Positions 1 to 13,929 of a DNA stretch of 64,000 nucleotides are shown here, piece by piece. The notes under the pieces were generated by a model that ran no database searches, was not told the DNA's origin, and saw only the letters and a program-made list of their open reading frames with translations. The stretch lies in assembly GCA_036172245.1 (NCBI GenBank), contig JAYWIR010000010.1, positions 1,736,001-1,800,000 on the forward strand, in the 5' to 3' direction. This stretch comes from Raillietiella orientalis. Taxonomy: Eukaryota. A program made the position numbers and the translations under genes. How positions within the stretch are numbered: the first letter of the stretch is position 1; each line of letters begins with the position of its first letter.

Positions 1-745
1 GGGCTGAAGGAAACCGGTAGGGAAGAGGGGGAAGGCAAGCAAAGACCTGGTGTACCTTCTCTTCGCACAGGTCGACCGTCTTCAAGTCCTCGAGGGATCT
101 CGTCTCCCACTCAGAGCTGCTGCCGCTGCTGCTGCTGCTGCTACCGTCAGAAATCCTCCGCTCCCACTCGAAGCGTTTCCCGGAAGGGTCGCATTCTCTC
201 CTTCCGTCAGGCGGCGCTGCCGTCGACATCGGGGCGCGATCGCCGCCGACTGCGAGGGGGAAGGGGAGCGGGAAGGACGGACTGGGGGCAGTGCGGGGCG
301 GCCACACGGAGGCTAGAAGTGCGCGCGCACGTACGCGGCGCACGCGGACCGGCATCCGACTGAGCTCGCACGTGGTGGTTCGCCTTCGCCGCGCCTCCGC
401 GACGATGCGGCTGAAACAGCGGGCGAGAGCGCAGGCGTGAGCTCAGGGATGCCGTGGCTGCCGTGGCAACTGCCTCTCTCCCCCTCCCCCTCCCTTCCCT
501 TCCCTCCGCTGCCGCCGGCGCAGCGCGAGCTGCGCGCATCCCCCTTCCTCCTCCTCCCTTTCTCCTTCCCTCCCCGTGTGCGTGTGCACACCGTTCCGTC
601 CCTTTCCCCCCTGAGGGACGCACCCCACCCCCACCGCTCCGAGGCTCGAGAGAGCGCCTGGGGACGGCCGAGCAGCAGAGACCGCAGCGCGTGCTCGCTC
701 AACGACCTCCTCCTTTTCATCACCATCACCATCCTTTTTCCTCAA

Positions 746-747
<2 letters not shown>

Positions 748-776
<29 letters not shown>

Positions 777-792
777 ATCATCATCATCATCA
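748..792. repeat. Compound (CCT)n(CAT)n microsatellite
   Basis: Direct reading. Confidence 0.92.
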
Positions 793-891
793 CCGTCTTT
801 TTTCTTCCTTTTCTCGTGCAGCAGACCTACTCTCTCCTTTGGCACGCGCCTCCGTGCGCGAGAAGGCGATGGAAGGGCGTCGCATGTTTCA

Positions 892-1167
892 GAGGAGGGG
901 GGGCAGGAAGAAGCAGGAGGAAGCGGTTCCCCAGAGCCGCAGAGGCGAGGAAACTCTCCGAAGCAGGCGATAGCGGCGGCGACAGCAGCAAACATCCCGC
1001 GTCAAGGATGCTGCGGAGGGGAAGAATCCACCTGCATGCACCCGAGCAGGCGCTGAGCTCGCGTTGCCCATAGCAGCGGGAGGCCTCTCGCGTGTAGCCA
1101 CTCCGCTCCTTCGCCTCCTGCTCCAGGGGAACCGCTTCCTCCTGCTTCTTCCTGTCCCCCCCTCCTC
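892..1167. repeat. Short inverted repeat: 892-932 and 1126-1167
   Basis: GAGGAGGGGGGG(A)CAGGAAGAAGCAGGAGGAAGCGGTTCCCC occurs on both strands with one extra base, and weaker similarity continues ~20 nt inward. Confidence 0.9.
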
Positions 1168-4100
1168 GGCCTCCCCCGGCAATGGGGGCCCCCGGGAATC
1201 AATGCCGGCGGGGGGACAGGGGGATGGAAGCGCTCTGTGCAGGAGGAAGAGCTCGCGCTTATCCCCTGAAGGGGCGGGTTCCGAGAGGAATTCGTTGTCC
1301 AGCCAACGAGAGGCGAAGCTCGGGAGTGCTCCTCTTCTTCCTCTTCCGCCTCCCTCTCTCTTCGTCCCTCCCTCTCTCCTTTTCCTGAATTAATGACGTT
1401 TAATTGCACGCCCACTATTGCCGGGCTAATTGCCTGTCAGCTGCGAGCGTCTGTCAGCGGAGTGCGCAGGGAGCAATGACGTCACGCACCGCGCGCGCGT
1501 CCCAAGAGACGCTCCTGGAGCGCTCCCTCAGTTGCTGCGCCGCGTTTGCGGAGGTCAAACGAGGATGCATGGATGCTGCCATGCTCGCGGATCGCTGCGG
1601 CAACGGCGTCAAGAAGAGGGTAGGGTGGGGGGCGGAAGGATGGAGCAGGACGCACCCCGGAACCCGGAAGTGGAGAAGGGGATGCCGGCGCAGGTCTCTT
1701 GGACGACGACGCTTCAGCAGCACGGATGCCCTCCCTACCGCACTCTCTCTCCAGAAAACCCCATCGGAGTCCCGGTGCTACCCGGTCCTCTTTCGTCTTC
1801 CTCCGGTTAGAGGGACAAGGGGAAAAAGAATCGAAGCCCCTCGACCTCGTGACCTTCTTCCACCAGAGGAGTCCAGAGGAGCTAAGGGGGAGAGAATTCC
1901 GCTTTCCGGGAAGATTTTCGAGGAAAGGGAAGAGGACTTTCGTCTCTCCGTGCCCCCTCCGCTCCCCTAGACTTCTTCTTGCTGTTTCTCCAGAAGTAGG
2001 AGGGTACCCCTGGATCCCCCCCCCTCCATCTCCAGTGAAGACCAAGAGAAGGAAGGAAACGGAGGAGGAATCCCTGGATCCACCGGTGGAGCTGATCCCA
2101 AGGTTCTATCCTCAATTCGTTCGTTCGCTCCCCTCCCCGAGAGCCGCTTGAGTTGAGGGACGCTTCCATATCCCCCGGAGAGCAAGTGGTCCGTGGGATT
2201 GGAGGCGCTCATGTTTGGGCGGCTCTCCAGGCTGAGAAGCGAAGAGGAAGAGTTAGGCCGTTCAGGTGCCGATCCACTCCCTCCATATCCCCGTTCCCTG
2301 CTCTTCCCCATCCCCCTTTCCTCTCTCTCTCAATCCAGCTCGGAGAAGCTGACCGCGCGCGCATCGCAGCAGGGGTGCCTCTCGGAGAAACGCGAGGAAG
2401 GCCCCCGGTCGACCTGGTAGCGAGGAGTGGGCAGACTGGTCATCCATCCGCCTCCGGCACGGACTGCCATCTTGCAGGCTGGCATTTCCAGACTTTATTC
2501 CCAGTTTCCTGTTGTCTTCTCCCGAGGCCCGGGATGATACCTCCTTCGCATTCGTTTTTGGGAGAGCCTTCTCCGGGGTCAGCCCCCGCGTCCCTCACCC
2601 GTCTTCCCCATTCGAAGCTCAGCGGCGATACCAATGCTGCCCTCCCTGCTCTTCGCGCGCGTCCTCCCAGTCTTCCCACCGCTGTGCTAGAAACCACCAC
2701 TGTTACCACCTCCCGCTTTCTGTTCTCTGCCATCCTACCACTTGCGTGAGGGGCGCGAGAGACGCCTCGGAACGCGAGAGACGCGACAGCCGCGGTGGCT
2801 GGTATTCCTGGCGACGAGCCGGGGCTGTCGCGGTTGCCTAGACTCGCAGATGTTGCCTCGGAGACGGCCGCCAGGACGAAGAGGGTGGCGGCGACGCCAC
2901 GGGGAGCGACTCGAGGGAGCTCAAATGATGTCGAGGAGCTTGGTCTCCCCTTCTCCCTTGAAGGAGAAAACAGATCCAGCTTCCCGAATCGCTGAAACGG
3001 TGTCAGGAATCTACCGAGGGCACTTCCCCTGAGCACGTCTCCCCACGTGGAGGTAGGGGAGGGGGGCTGGGGGAGCAGGATACTAGTGTCCAGACAAACA
3101 GACCGACTGCGGGCCGTTCGAACGTCGGGAACGACACCAGGGCCGCTGGTAGGATGGTTGCCGTGGTAACAGAAACTCCTGCCGCCGCCTCTGCGGAACA
3201 CCGTTGGGGGCGCGTAAGTGTGCTTATAGCAGCAGCGGGGAGAGATGCTCGTTGCGCACGCCTGAAGCGGCATGGATCGAGAAGGCTCTACCTGCGATCT
3301 CCGCTTGCGCCTTACAGGTCATCGATTATGTTGCAGGTGGTTGCCTTGGTACCCCCTCCTCTTGCGGGAGGAGCACCAAAAAATAAACAAAAGAAAAAAT
3401 GAAAACACAGCCCGGCTTTAGGGGGAGGGGGAGAGAAGAAGAATCCTGAATGCTCCAGCTCGGGAGAACAGCAATCGAGGCTGACAACCTCGGCGATCAC
3501 TGTGCTCCTGGCCCAACAGAGGAACAAGAGCGCGTTCGTTTCCTGGCAGCCTCCAGAGAGGCGCCCCAGTCGCACTTCTGCGTCTCAAACTCTCCTCGGC
3601 CTTTCCACGAGGAGCGCTGTGAAATCTCTGAAGGGGAAGGAGGACGGAGGAAACCGGGAAGGGGGGGGGGCACGCGCTTCTTCCTCGACCGACGAGGATT
3701 CATCCCCCCCCCTCCCCCCCAATGGAATTTCGAAACGTCAGCTGATCCTCTTACAGCTGCATCAGAAAGCGCGGCTTTAAGCTCGCAAGAAGAGAAGAGA
3801 GAGTGAGGAGAGCGCCGCTTCTTGCACACCTGAGCCGCGAGAATCTCTGGAGAAGAGCACTCGGGCGAAGAGTCTCCAGGAATGGGGCGGAAGAGGGAGA
3901 GGAAGCGCAGGTAACCGTTCCACGACACCGGGACTCACTCGAGAGAGCTGCTGGGGAGCAGGCGGCGGATCCCCGAGGGATCGGGCCAAGAACGGAAAGG
4001 AGGTGGAAAGGGGGGAGGAGAATGCCGTTGCCACCTTTCCCCGTGGCAGGGAAACAGCTACCCACTGCTCCTGCACCGATTGGTTTTTCCCTCGCCTCCT

Positions 4101-7100
4101 CGGTGGCTCCCCTCGCGAGCTCGCCCCCGGGAAACGCGCGCGCGGTCGCTTCTTGCATCGAGCTGCACACCCTCCCCTCGCACTCCCGCGTGCGGCGCGC
4201 GGCTGGCCGGGCGCTCCGGCTGCGCGGGCGACCCGCCGCTCTGCGGGCTGCGTGGCGCGCCGGGATGTCTGAAACCACGCGTTCTGCCGCCCCCATTGGA
4301 CACGAGTCGCTCTCCGGACTCGCAAACAGTCGCGCCGTCGTCGTCAGTCTGCGAAGCGCGTCCGCGCGCGCGAGTGCCGCTCGCCAGCCGTGCGTGCACG
4401 CGCGCGCTGGAGCGCGAAGACGCTCGCTCCTCTTCTCCTCCTCCTTCACCCTACGTATGCGCGCCTCCGTCCTTTGAGAAAAACACACACCAGCGAGGGA
4501 AGGAGAAACCGCGGCTGCGGTTTCACGGCGGCAGAGAGGCTTTCTGCGCATCTCCCCGGACTCCGGAACACCTACAGCGGTCCCTGCGGCGAAGCTGAGA
4601 TGGCGCGCGGCGCGATGACTCCATCGGAAGCATCCAACAACAGCCGAGGAAATGATTGGTCCTGGCGATCTCCCGCTCCCGATCGCAAGCTGCCTGCGGC
4701 CGGATCTCCGAGTTCCGGATCGGGCGGGCGATCGAACTGCCAGCTAACCACGAAAAGGTCGCTGCTGTCCCTCCGATGGGCCGCGTCCTTGTTGGGGGCG
4801 CCCGCCTCGCCGCGAACGGCAAAACTCATTAAACGTGTTTGGTCTTGCAGGCTAGACGAAGCATCTGTTCGGAGCAAACGTTTCCATCCGACTCTACGAA
4901 ATAGAACGGGCGGTAGCTCCGAACGAGAGAGCGAAAGGATGCGCAGGAGCAGCGAGAATGCGAAAATGACTTTTCGGCGAACGCGTTTTGCGCAGGCGCA
5001 CAAAGAGAGCAGGCAAAAAAAGTGCAACGGCTGACGGACGTGCGTTCGACGGAAACGCCCTCGGAGCAGGAAAGGAAGCTGCTCCGGCCGTTTTGAGAGG
5101 CTGGTGCCGAGTTCTTTCCGCTCGCAAGCATGTTGCGGTTCTCGCATCTTCCGCATCCTAATGAAGGTTCTCATTCTCAGCCCAGTCGCCATCTTCGAAA
5201 TCTCCTGCTGTCCGAACCGAGCTCCCGAAGATCGCATTTCCTTCGCGCCTTTCGTCTTCCTTAGTCGCCTTTGACATTGCGGTATTTTCTACATCCGCTT
5301 GCAGAAGTGTTGAAGAACAGGAAAAGAGAGATCCGCTCGCTGTCTTCCTTCTAAGCCTCCATTCATATTGCTCTGCCGCTGATCTCCCTCGGATACATCT
5401 CGTCCTGAACCGTTCGTCACAGTGCGAAGCCTCCCATTTGTTCCACGTTACACGCCCACCACGCCCCGTACACGTATGAAGGACAATAGTGCCGTCATTT
5501 GAGTTCTCCTGTACGCTCAGCTGCCTGTGCTCTTTTGTTGCTTGGCCTTTGTGACCGGAGATCGCTCAGGCGTATTTCACGCTCCAGCCTTGTTTTTTGT
5601 GGGAAGAATCTTCAGCCTCCTTATGGGTGGCCCCTGGAAACGTTCAGTGACTTCCGATCCAATAAGCCGTGATCGTCTTTCTGCGCTCTTCCGTCTTCAC
5701 AGCCGCTGCGCCGAGAATCACTACACTCTGATACTATACCTAGAGCTTTGCCTTTTTGCTGTCCTACAGTTTCATCCGATGACCTTTCCCGTTTTCCTAC
5801 TTGTTCAGGGTTGAGCATTGAAAATTAATCGTTGCGAGGCATCTCTGATGCGAATGATGCCTGTCCGTGTGTTGCTTTATGTGTGATTTCGCCGCGTAGG
5901 CAGCCTCGTGCTCGAAACCCACGTGTCGCGAGTGCGACGAGCATCAACCACGAACCACTTGCATCTCACATGATCCAAGCCTATGAAGTCCTAATTCTGC
6001 TCCAGTAGGGCACGCCAAGTGGGAAGGCCAGAAGCGTGGCAACAACTTCGACGACAATCTACCAGCCCCAAAAAGGAAGTCGGAAGCAACCACGTGGGTT
6101 CAAGAGCACGGGATCAAGGAAAGAAAGAGCAAGTTCTGGGGGAAAGAGACCAACTGAAAGATCAAGGAGAAGATGAGGTGAAACAAGGCAATCAAATGTC
6201 TGAGAAAGCAAGGGAGGGAGCATCTGCGGACGCTGCCACAGGGCGAGGCAACGATGTGCTTCAGGAGGAAGGCGGTCAGGCCGAGCAGGAATTACATAAG
6301 CAAGGAAAGAGACTAAGAAGAAATGTTTACGGTAAGAAACAAAGAATGGAGTGGAAGGGAATAATTTTTTTCCGCCCAATGCTTTCCGACTAGCTGCGAA
6401 GGATTTTTTCAACCCATCGGGGGGTAATATGGGTGGCCCAAACAACGAACACGTTCAGGAACTTCTGAGATGTGATAGATGCAGACGCGAAGATCGGGAA
6501 ATCAAGGAGAAGAACGGGGCGTTTCACTCACTGAAGGAGGGAACGACGGAGCACGCGATGTGCAGAAGACTCAAGTTTTTCTCTCTTTCAGGAGAGGAAA
6601 CACGAAAGTGGGAACGCGAAAGGGGACAATTGCTCGGTTTCTTGTCGCTACTCGTTGCAGCGCATGGAAGCGGAATCCGACTCTTCCCAAAACCTCAGTG
6701 TGGTGTCCGTTTCGTGTGACATAGATGGTGATGTTCCATGCAAGAAGCTCGAGCATCCAGAGAGCAAAATGCATTGTCCAGGAACTTGTGGGAAGTGTGT
6801 GGCGCACACCTGCACGGTGTGTTGCTGTGAAAGTGCACACTACATGGAGCATAAGCAACGGAATGAAGGGATATATAAGATTGCACGTGGCACAGCCTTG
6901 TGAGACATCGTTTGTTGGAAAACGACGCACGTGAAACAAGGACCAATCCCTTCAAGCAGTTCATGGTAGGTCACAACCAAAGTAACGCACTCGTGTCCTG
7001 GGCAAGTCCACAAGGAATCCTGGAACTGGCGATGCTGCACTTGAATAGGTTTCCTTCCGAGACGGTGAGGCATTTGATCCTGGAACTTGCGACACTTGGA

Positions 7101-10100
7101 ACTGTTATTTCAGCTTTTTCAGAGAGAGAGATGATGACCAACTTTCTGCTCTGTGACCGCTTGGCATCTTCTCGGAAGGGAACTTCGTCCGTTCCAGCGT
7201 CATCTCCTAGGGGTTCTTCGCGTGACTGCTAGCCGGGAGCTCTTCCCGTTTGCTCAACCAGGATTCCACGTTGCAGAGGACCAGGAAAACTTAATTGCGC
7301 AGAGGTCAGTTTTATGTATCGGCTTCATACCATGCTCCATTTGGACTTCCATCTCCTATTCGGTTGCTGATAACTGCCTAAAATCTTTTGGGGTGTTGGT
7401 GTTTGCCCAAGACTGGTGAGGAGTATCCGCTGGAGACTGGCGACATGCGCTGGCGCTGGCAGAGCATTGATAAAAGAAAAGGGTCCTGCTTTGTCTTTCT
7501 ATTTCTCATGCTGCTACGCACAGGACGCACACAAGCACATTCACGACAAGGTCCCGAAATTCCGACAAACCCATCCGAAAGCTTGGCATGGTCGCAGAGC
7601 GTTCTCGGGAAAGGTCTTAAAGACCAGAGAAAAACGAAAGCGGCTTTTGAAAGCGTCCTCAGTTGTAGAGGCGGCACACGTGCAAAAAGGAAAACCGCGA
7701 TCCTCTTTCTCGCTTGGATGGCTTCGTCGCAGCAAGCTAGATCCCATCTTCTTGAGGGGACGGAAAGGCAAAAACCAAAAAGCAGCATGCGAAGATGGTT
7801 CCAGGAATTCTCGAAAATTTTCCTCAGTTGACATGCTTGGCTTGGCCGGATCTTCGATAAGATCCAGTGCAGTCCTTCTTTTCGAAAAAGTATTCGAAAC
7901 CGATAGCCGATATCCAGAAGCAATGCGGGATTCCCTGTGAAAAGCAGAAGAAAACGTCCTGAAGAGAGTAACTGTCACTTCTACCATGGCAGCTCTGAGC
8001 GCAGAAAAGGAAAAGCAGCAGAGGAAACCAAACAGTTGGGCTGAAAACCACATGAGCGGAAGATCGGATGTAAAAAAATCTATTGGTCCCGTCGGACTCG
8101 CTTGCTGAATCGAAGGTCGTCTTGAATAGCAGAAGATCTCATTAAATGGCCTCTAGTGTGCTTGACCTCTCTGGACCAGGTCTTGGATAATTCTTGAAGC
8201 AAGGTAAACAAAAAAAAAGAAAAACCTCTCCATTGCTACCACAGCTATCGCATTGCACTCACCTATACAAGTGGGAGCAGCAACGAACTGATGGACCCAA
8301 GCGCACGAAAGCACTGCCCTCCCCTACGTATCAGCGCTCAAAACATATGCAGAGGCTTATCATTAGGATGTTTGCATTTCGCTGACCCTACGAAACTCCC
8401 CCCTAGCGATAACCGAGTCCGGTCCTCTCAACACAGTCGTGCTGCAGAACTGCTGCTTGACCGGCAGCTCTCTTCGGTGAGCCGACCCCGTTGGGTTTAT
8501 TACTCGAGTCTTGCTCGCTTCTCCACTTCCTCCCTCGTCTCCGTGGGTGTGTGTCCCTGGGAGTTTTCCCCTCCGCCAAGGTGAACGCACTTCTAGTGAA
8601 CCCGAGTGCTGGAAGCGAGCTGCACTACAATGCCAGGCACGTGCTCCAAATCCATTTAGTGCAACGCACCAAGTGGTTCCCCTCTACGTTCCTGCGTGAT
8701 TGCAGCCATCTTTTGTCGAGCCGTTTTTGGATCTTTAAGAGATGAGGAGGCTCACCCACGACGTGTTAGCAAAACCACAACAGCGCGGAAAGCTGTAGTG
8801 TGTTATGCGATAGGACTCACAGACATGACCAGCACCGAATTGCCTTTTACCTTGAATCATGCGGATGAATCGGATGCCACTGGAAGATTAAAGAGAGAGA
8901 GGGGGGGAAAGGTCATCACTGAAAACTGAGAAGGTTAAAGTCAGTACGCGAATAGGAAGGCAAGCAGAGCTGCGAATAAGTCTGGAGACGTGGTCTTCTG
9001 ACTAGTCTGTTACCATCCGCACCCCTTCCAGGTTCAATGAGCAGTTGCCTTTTCTTAAGCAAATTATCGCAAGCCTGAAGTAAGAAATGATGGTTCGAGC
9101 TAGGGTGGAGACACCTCGGCATCTGCCTCCCGATGCAACACGTATCAAAGACTTTAGGCACCCAACTCACCCACTTTAGGAAGTCAAGAAGCGAGAAACG
9201 GTCCATGGCCTGGCTCATGCATCCATGAGACTGCGATTTCATTTAAAGGTTGCCGGCAGCAGCAGGGCAGCTTGGCGCGAAGAGCCACTCCGGCAGCGGC
9301 CTGAGTACGTTTTGACCGGTAATGTTCGAATCGGCGATCGAGTCAGCTCGGTAGTTCAAAGGGCATCCCATAGCCTTTCCCTTGGGAAGAATACCATTCG
9401 ACTTGCGGTCATCCGTTTCAGACCGCCTCCGCCAGCAGAAACTTTATGGAAAGAATTAAGAGCGCATGTTTATGCTGTTAATAGATCGTACACGTGTGGT
9501 GCATATTTTTCGAGTATCTACAGTCGTTAGCCACATGCACATCATAGTTACCAAAACGTCTGTCTGTCTAGTCTCCACGTTTGGAAGCAAGCATGAAAAT
9601 AAGATTCTCTCCCCTCTCCCCAGATACTTTCGCATCATCACTGGGGAATCGAGAATCTCATCAGATACCCGCCTCGGGAAGATGAGCGATGATGGCACAC
9701 GGTTGTGCTGCCAGCTTCTGAAGCTGAGGGGAAAATTTTTCAACCGTGCAACGCAACTGCAAGACGACGACGGCAAGCGAAATCTTGGGACAAGTGAATG
9801 CGAGGAAATCCAAGACTTTAAAAAATCGAATCTGCGTCGAGGCGAGTGTGGCTGATGGGGGAAGCGCGCGGGTACTGATAGCAAGCAAAAGAGACATTGA
9901 AATCCTAATGCGTACACCTACCGCTGAACTCAGTCCCCCAAAACGAAACCAACACCGCCTCCCACTTTGCGTAACTTTCCTCCTTGAAGTAATGAGTTCA
10001 TTTTTCCTGGAATGAAAATGAATTCTTATTTGCTAGTCTGGTATAACCTGCAGCCACTGCTCTAAAAACATCTTCCCTTTCTGGGGGCACTTGCGTAACT

Positions 10101-11559
10101 ACGTTTTTTATCTGATCGTTCCCTTCGAGTTTTACATCCTTCCGACAAAAAACGGTGCTCTAAATGTGCTGTGAGCACTCTTTTTTTTTTTTTTTTTTTT
10201 TCCTTCCTCGTCCATCCGTCGAAGCGAAACGGAACTGAGATGGATGTGTCTCTCTGGAAAAGCTGTGGACCCATCCTCTTTCTTCAGCTGGTAGGTGTGA
10301 TTGGGCTCAACTTCGCCGCAGCTGCAGAGCACGTAGCTGCAGAGGAAGTGGAGCAAAACTGCGCACCTGCTTTGCGTTGCCTTGCATACGCGAAAAAAGA
10401 AAGAGAGAGCTCTCGTCTTTCGTTCGTGAGGTCCCGAAAATTCTGCGAACACACAGTCACATTTCAGCGAGCACGACAAGTGTCTGTGCACGGAAATCAA
10501 GCGAAAGTCTGCGCGCTGCTTCTTGCTCATTCGTGCCGTCCTTGGGACGGAATCTTTCTCGAATTCATAAGGACGACAGTGGCTTTTCCGTCAAGCCTGG
10601 AGCAGATGGCTCTTGGGAGGCAGCACGTGCGAACGCCCATGGATGAAAATGAGATTCAGGAAACACCGATGGGCGAAGAAAGAAAGAGACGCGCGCGAAG
10701 CGTGCGTCCCAGAAGAGGGCGGCGGCAGGTTAAGTTTCACTTCGCGTCGAATGGGACCCGGGATATCCGTCTCCCGGAATACTTGCTTCCCCCCAAGAAC
10801 GCAGTGCCCCCAGGGAGCTTGATGCATCATCTCTACGTGATGGTGTTTCTTCGCTGATGCCACCTTCGAAACCGGATGTTCAGTGGAGTCGTCATCAAAA
10901 AAAAAAAAAAAAAAAAATCAATCAAGAGGCAGCTGCTCGCGTGCCCCTTGAAACAAAGAAGAATTCTCTATTTGTTTTAAGGATGCAAAAAGAAAAGAAC
11001 TCTTTTTCCAATTGGGTGTAGAGGGCAAAAAAAAAAAAAAAAAACGATCGGCCCACTTACTGAGAACCCGGACGCTCGAATGCCCACGCATCAGTGAACG
11101 TTCAGCTTTCGAAACAGCGCATGGCAAGCAGCATCATGGGTCGATCCTGAAACGCTAAGAACGCCAACGTCCTGCAAGAGCTGGAAGAATTCAGAGTGCG
11201 CAAGCGAACCAGCTCAGCTCACGAAGATGCTGCGTTGTTCAACGTGCAAACACTCTCTGGGCGTCAACTGGACTCGTCGCATAGGGCACCCTCCAAACGA
11301 TCGATCGCAGACCTGCGTAGTCGTCAGAAGTCGAGTCCCCAGATGGCCACCACAGCCTTTGGACTCAAGCAACCCCGAGATTCGACCTTCGTTCAACAGC
11401 GCGAGTCCCCGGTGCCTGGAGTGTGACCGAGGGTGCGAACCGTGAACTGAAGCCGCCGGGCAAAACCGTCAACTCAACGAGGAACAGCCCCTACTCTTGA
11501 ACTCCGGTAGAGGACCATTACCTTTTTGCCAACGATGAGGGACCCAGACAGATCGAGAA

Positions 11560-12110
11560 AGCGGTGAAGACCACGGATAATCTCCCTCCCACACTTGTTC
11601 ATGTAAATTTTCTAGAAGAACTCGAAATGAAAGGTCGGGCCGTTCTGCCTCTGCTATGGCGCGGTGAGCGGATTGGGCACCTGGTGGGTATTTCGTGTGA
11701 TTGCCCTTGTGGAAGGTCGTGCGAAAATTGCTCGGAACGGAAACGATCGATCGCTCTTCAGCGGACATGGTCTGGTCTCACCAAGGTCACTGTTCTGTAG
11801 ACGCAACACTTCCCCTCCCCTTTCTCTATGAGGGGGATCGCAACGTAACTGTTTTTAGCCTAAGGGATGCGATCAACAGAAAAAGACATTCAAAACCATG
11901 AAGTTCTGGCCAGAGTACCCAGTTCGTGCACGGTCCCAGCAACCGGGGAACAGCATCCCTGGTGGACGTGTGGAGACACACATTCCCTGGTGACAGGGAA
12001 TGTACTCTAAAAGCGTGTCCGTCATCCAGCCAAAACAGCGTTCCGCTCCACGAGAAGCGTTCGCAGGGTCTCAAGAGGTCAAAATTGCGATCCACAAGAC
12101 GACCAAATTT
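11560..12110 (+). mobile_element. APE endonuclease remnant of a LINE (L1/Tx1-like)
   Basis: PFLYEGDRNVTV (GDFN-like) followed by SLVDVWRHTFPGDRECT (L.D.WR..P...T motif of APE/ExoIII endonucleases); frameshifted. Confidence 0.5.
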
Positions 12111-13370
12111 ATTCTTCTGTTTTTTTATAGTTTTTACATGTACGCGTCTTTCAGCATCATCGACACGTTAGCATTTGCAGATGGGAAATCGGCTCCCTTG
12201 TTTCTTGTATCTTCATGTACCCTCGAGATTGAGGGAGTGGGTTCCCCCACAACTTTCTCAAATGTCCTTAATCCTATTCGAGTTTCCTTTCCTCCTCCCT
12301 CTTTTTTTCCCCTATTTTCTTCTTTGTCATTTCCTCAAAGAGATACCTCTTTCCCCACCCATCCCCCACCCCCTGCATCCCTAAAGTCCCTGAGCAACAG
12401 GAAGTAGCAGAAGAAACATTCGCATAGGATTCTCTGCTCCTTTTAGGGTCCTTCATGTAGATCGAACAAGAATGGCCAGAGACCACCTTCCCCGAGGCAC
12501 CTTTCTCTCATTGGAGCCATCAGCCACGCAGAAGCACGGAACTGGGGTCCCGCTCGCCAAGAGAACCGCAAGGAAAAGAGCGGAGCGTCTCCCAGGGAGC
12601 CGACAGGACCGGAGGTGCTTTTCTCGCAGGCTGCTCCTTACCGGCGAAACGGAACACCTCAGACACTGGTGTCGTGGATTCCACTACGAGAGCCACCACC
12701 CTGGATACTCCCCAGCACGGGTGCAACAGGCAGAAATCAGAGGGGAAAGAGAAGATGCTTTCTGAGAAGGCAGCCCACTGCTCGTACTTAAAACCGTCAT
12801 TGAATTACGAGGGCACTTGAGGGGAGCACAAGGGCAGAGCGATTCCCGAGTGAGGATAATGCCCTTTCTGCTCCAGAATCCAGTGCGTATCACCTTGAAG
12901 TCACGCGAAGGAGCCGCCTCATCGCCCGTCCTTGCAAGTCTTTCTTCTCTTTCCTTCTTTCCCCCCCTCCCTCCTTTTTTCCACCTCGAGAAACGTGGGG
13001 CGCTTCTTCCTTCCTGCACGCGAACCACTTACTAAGGCCCCGGGCACATCTCGAACGTCCACGCACCGATGGCCAGTAGCCAGAGTGCGGTTTCCGAAAC
13101 AGCACGTGGCCAGCAGCGCGGAAAGCAAAGAACTACTCCGTGGCGAAAGAATCCTGATGGAGCGGGGAGAGAAGCTTCACATTCAGGACGGATGCTGGAC
13201 TCCACGAGAACGCACGGCGCGTTGCTCCAGCAGAATGCGCGCATAACGTTTGCTCCGTTCGGTTTTCGTGGCAGCGGTCCCCCAGGTCATCCTCACGAGG
13301 CGCTTGGACGGGATGCTGGAGACCAAAGAAAGCAGGGAGTCCTCGGCAATGAAGAAGCGCAACAACATCA

Positions 13371-13374
<4 letters not shown>

Positions 13375-13408
<34 letters not shown>
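13375..13408. repeat. (AT)17 microsatellite
   Basis: Direct reading. Confidence 0.97.
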
Positions 13409-13411
<3 letters not shown>

Positions 13412-13929
13412 GGTGACGTGGTGGTGGTGGTGGGTCGCGAGAGAGTTTCACGGATTCCATTTCGTCCAGCAGCCACCTTTCCTTCAGAACTCCAGAAGAA
13501 AGCTCCTTCCGTAGCGGTTCTCTTCCTGGAAGAGTCGGACATTGAGGAGGGTGATCCATCTTCTGAAGACTCTTGTTCAGTCCCAAGGAAGCTGCAATAG
13601 ATCACAGGAGGCATGGAGGGAAGGCACTCTTTTCCAGGTTCCAGAGAGTGAGGACGAAAACCTCTGGCTGGTCTCAAGGGAACAGCGAGCCACACTTCCT
13701 GTGTGGTCTACGTTCCCATTCTGGACTCCATTCAAACCCTCCTGAGTCTTATCCAGAAGCTGCTTGTTGATCCCCATCTCTGATGCCGGAAGTTACGCCT
13801 GCGAGCAAATCCTCTTTGTGCACGTCTCCTAGCCACTGCTACGAGCAAGCGATCAGAACATCCTGCCTGCGCAAGACACGGGTTCCTCCCTTCGGGATGC
13901 CATAGGTAGGCAGTTACACCATCGTTCTT

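Noticed and set aside
7540..9700. Mononegavirales L-protein-like hints on the minus strand (EILDSPVMMRKY, QGHTP, NFREFL)
   Set aside because: Core motifs (KERE, GxEGLxQK, GDNQ) are not found in order on that strand, and the plus strand reads equally protein-like.
12440..12530. VPRGRWSLAIL on the minus strand, like a BEL/Pao integrase C-terminal motif
   Set aside because: No adjoining integrase motifs or LTRs; too short to support.
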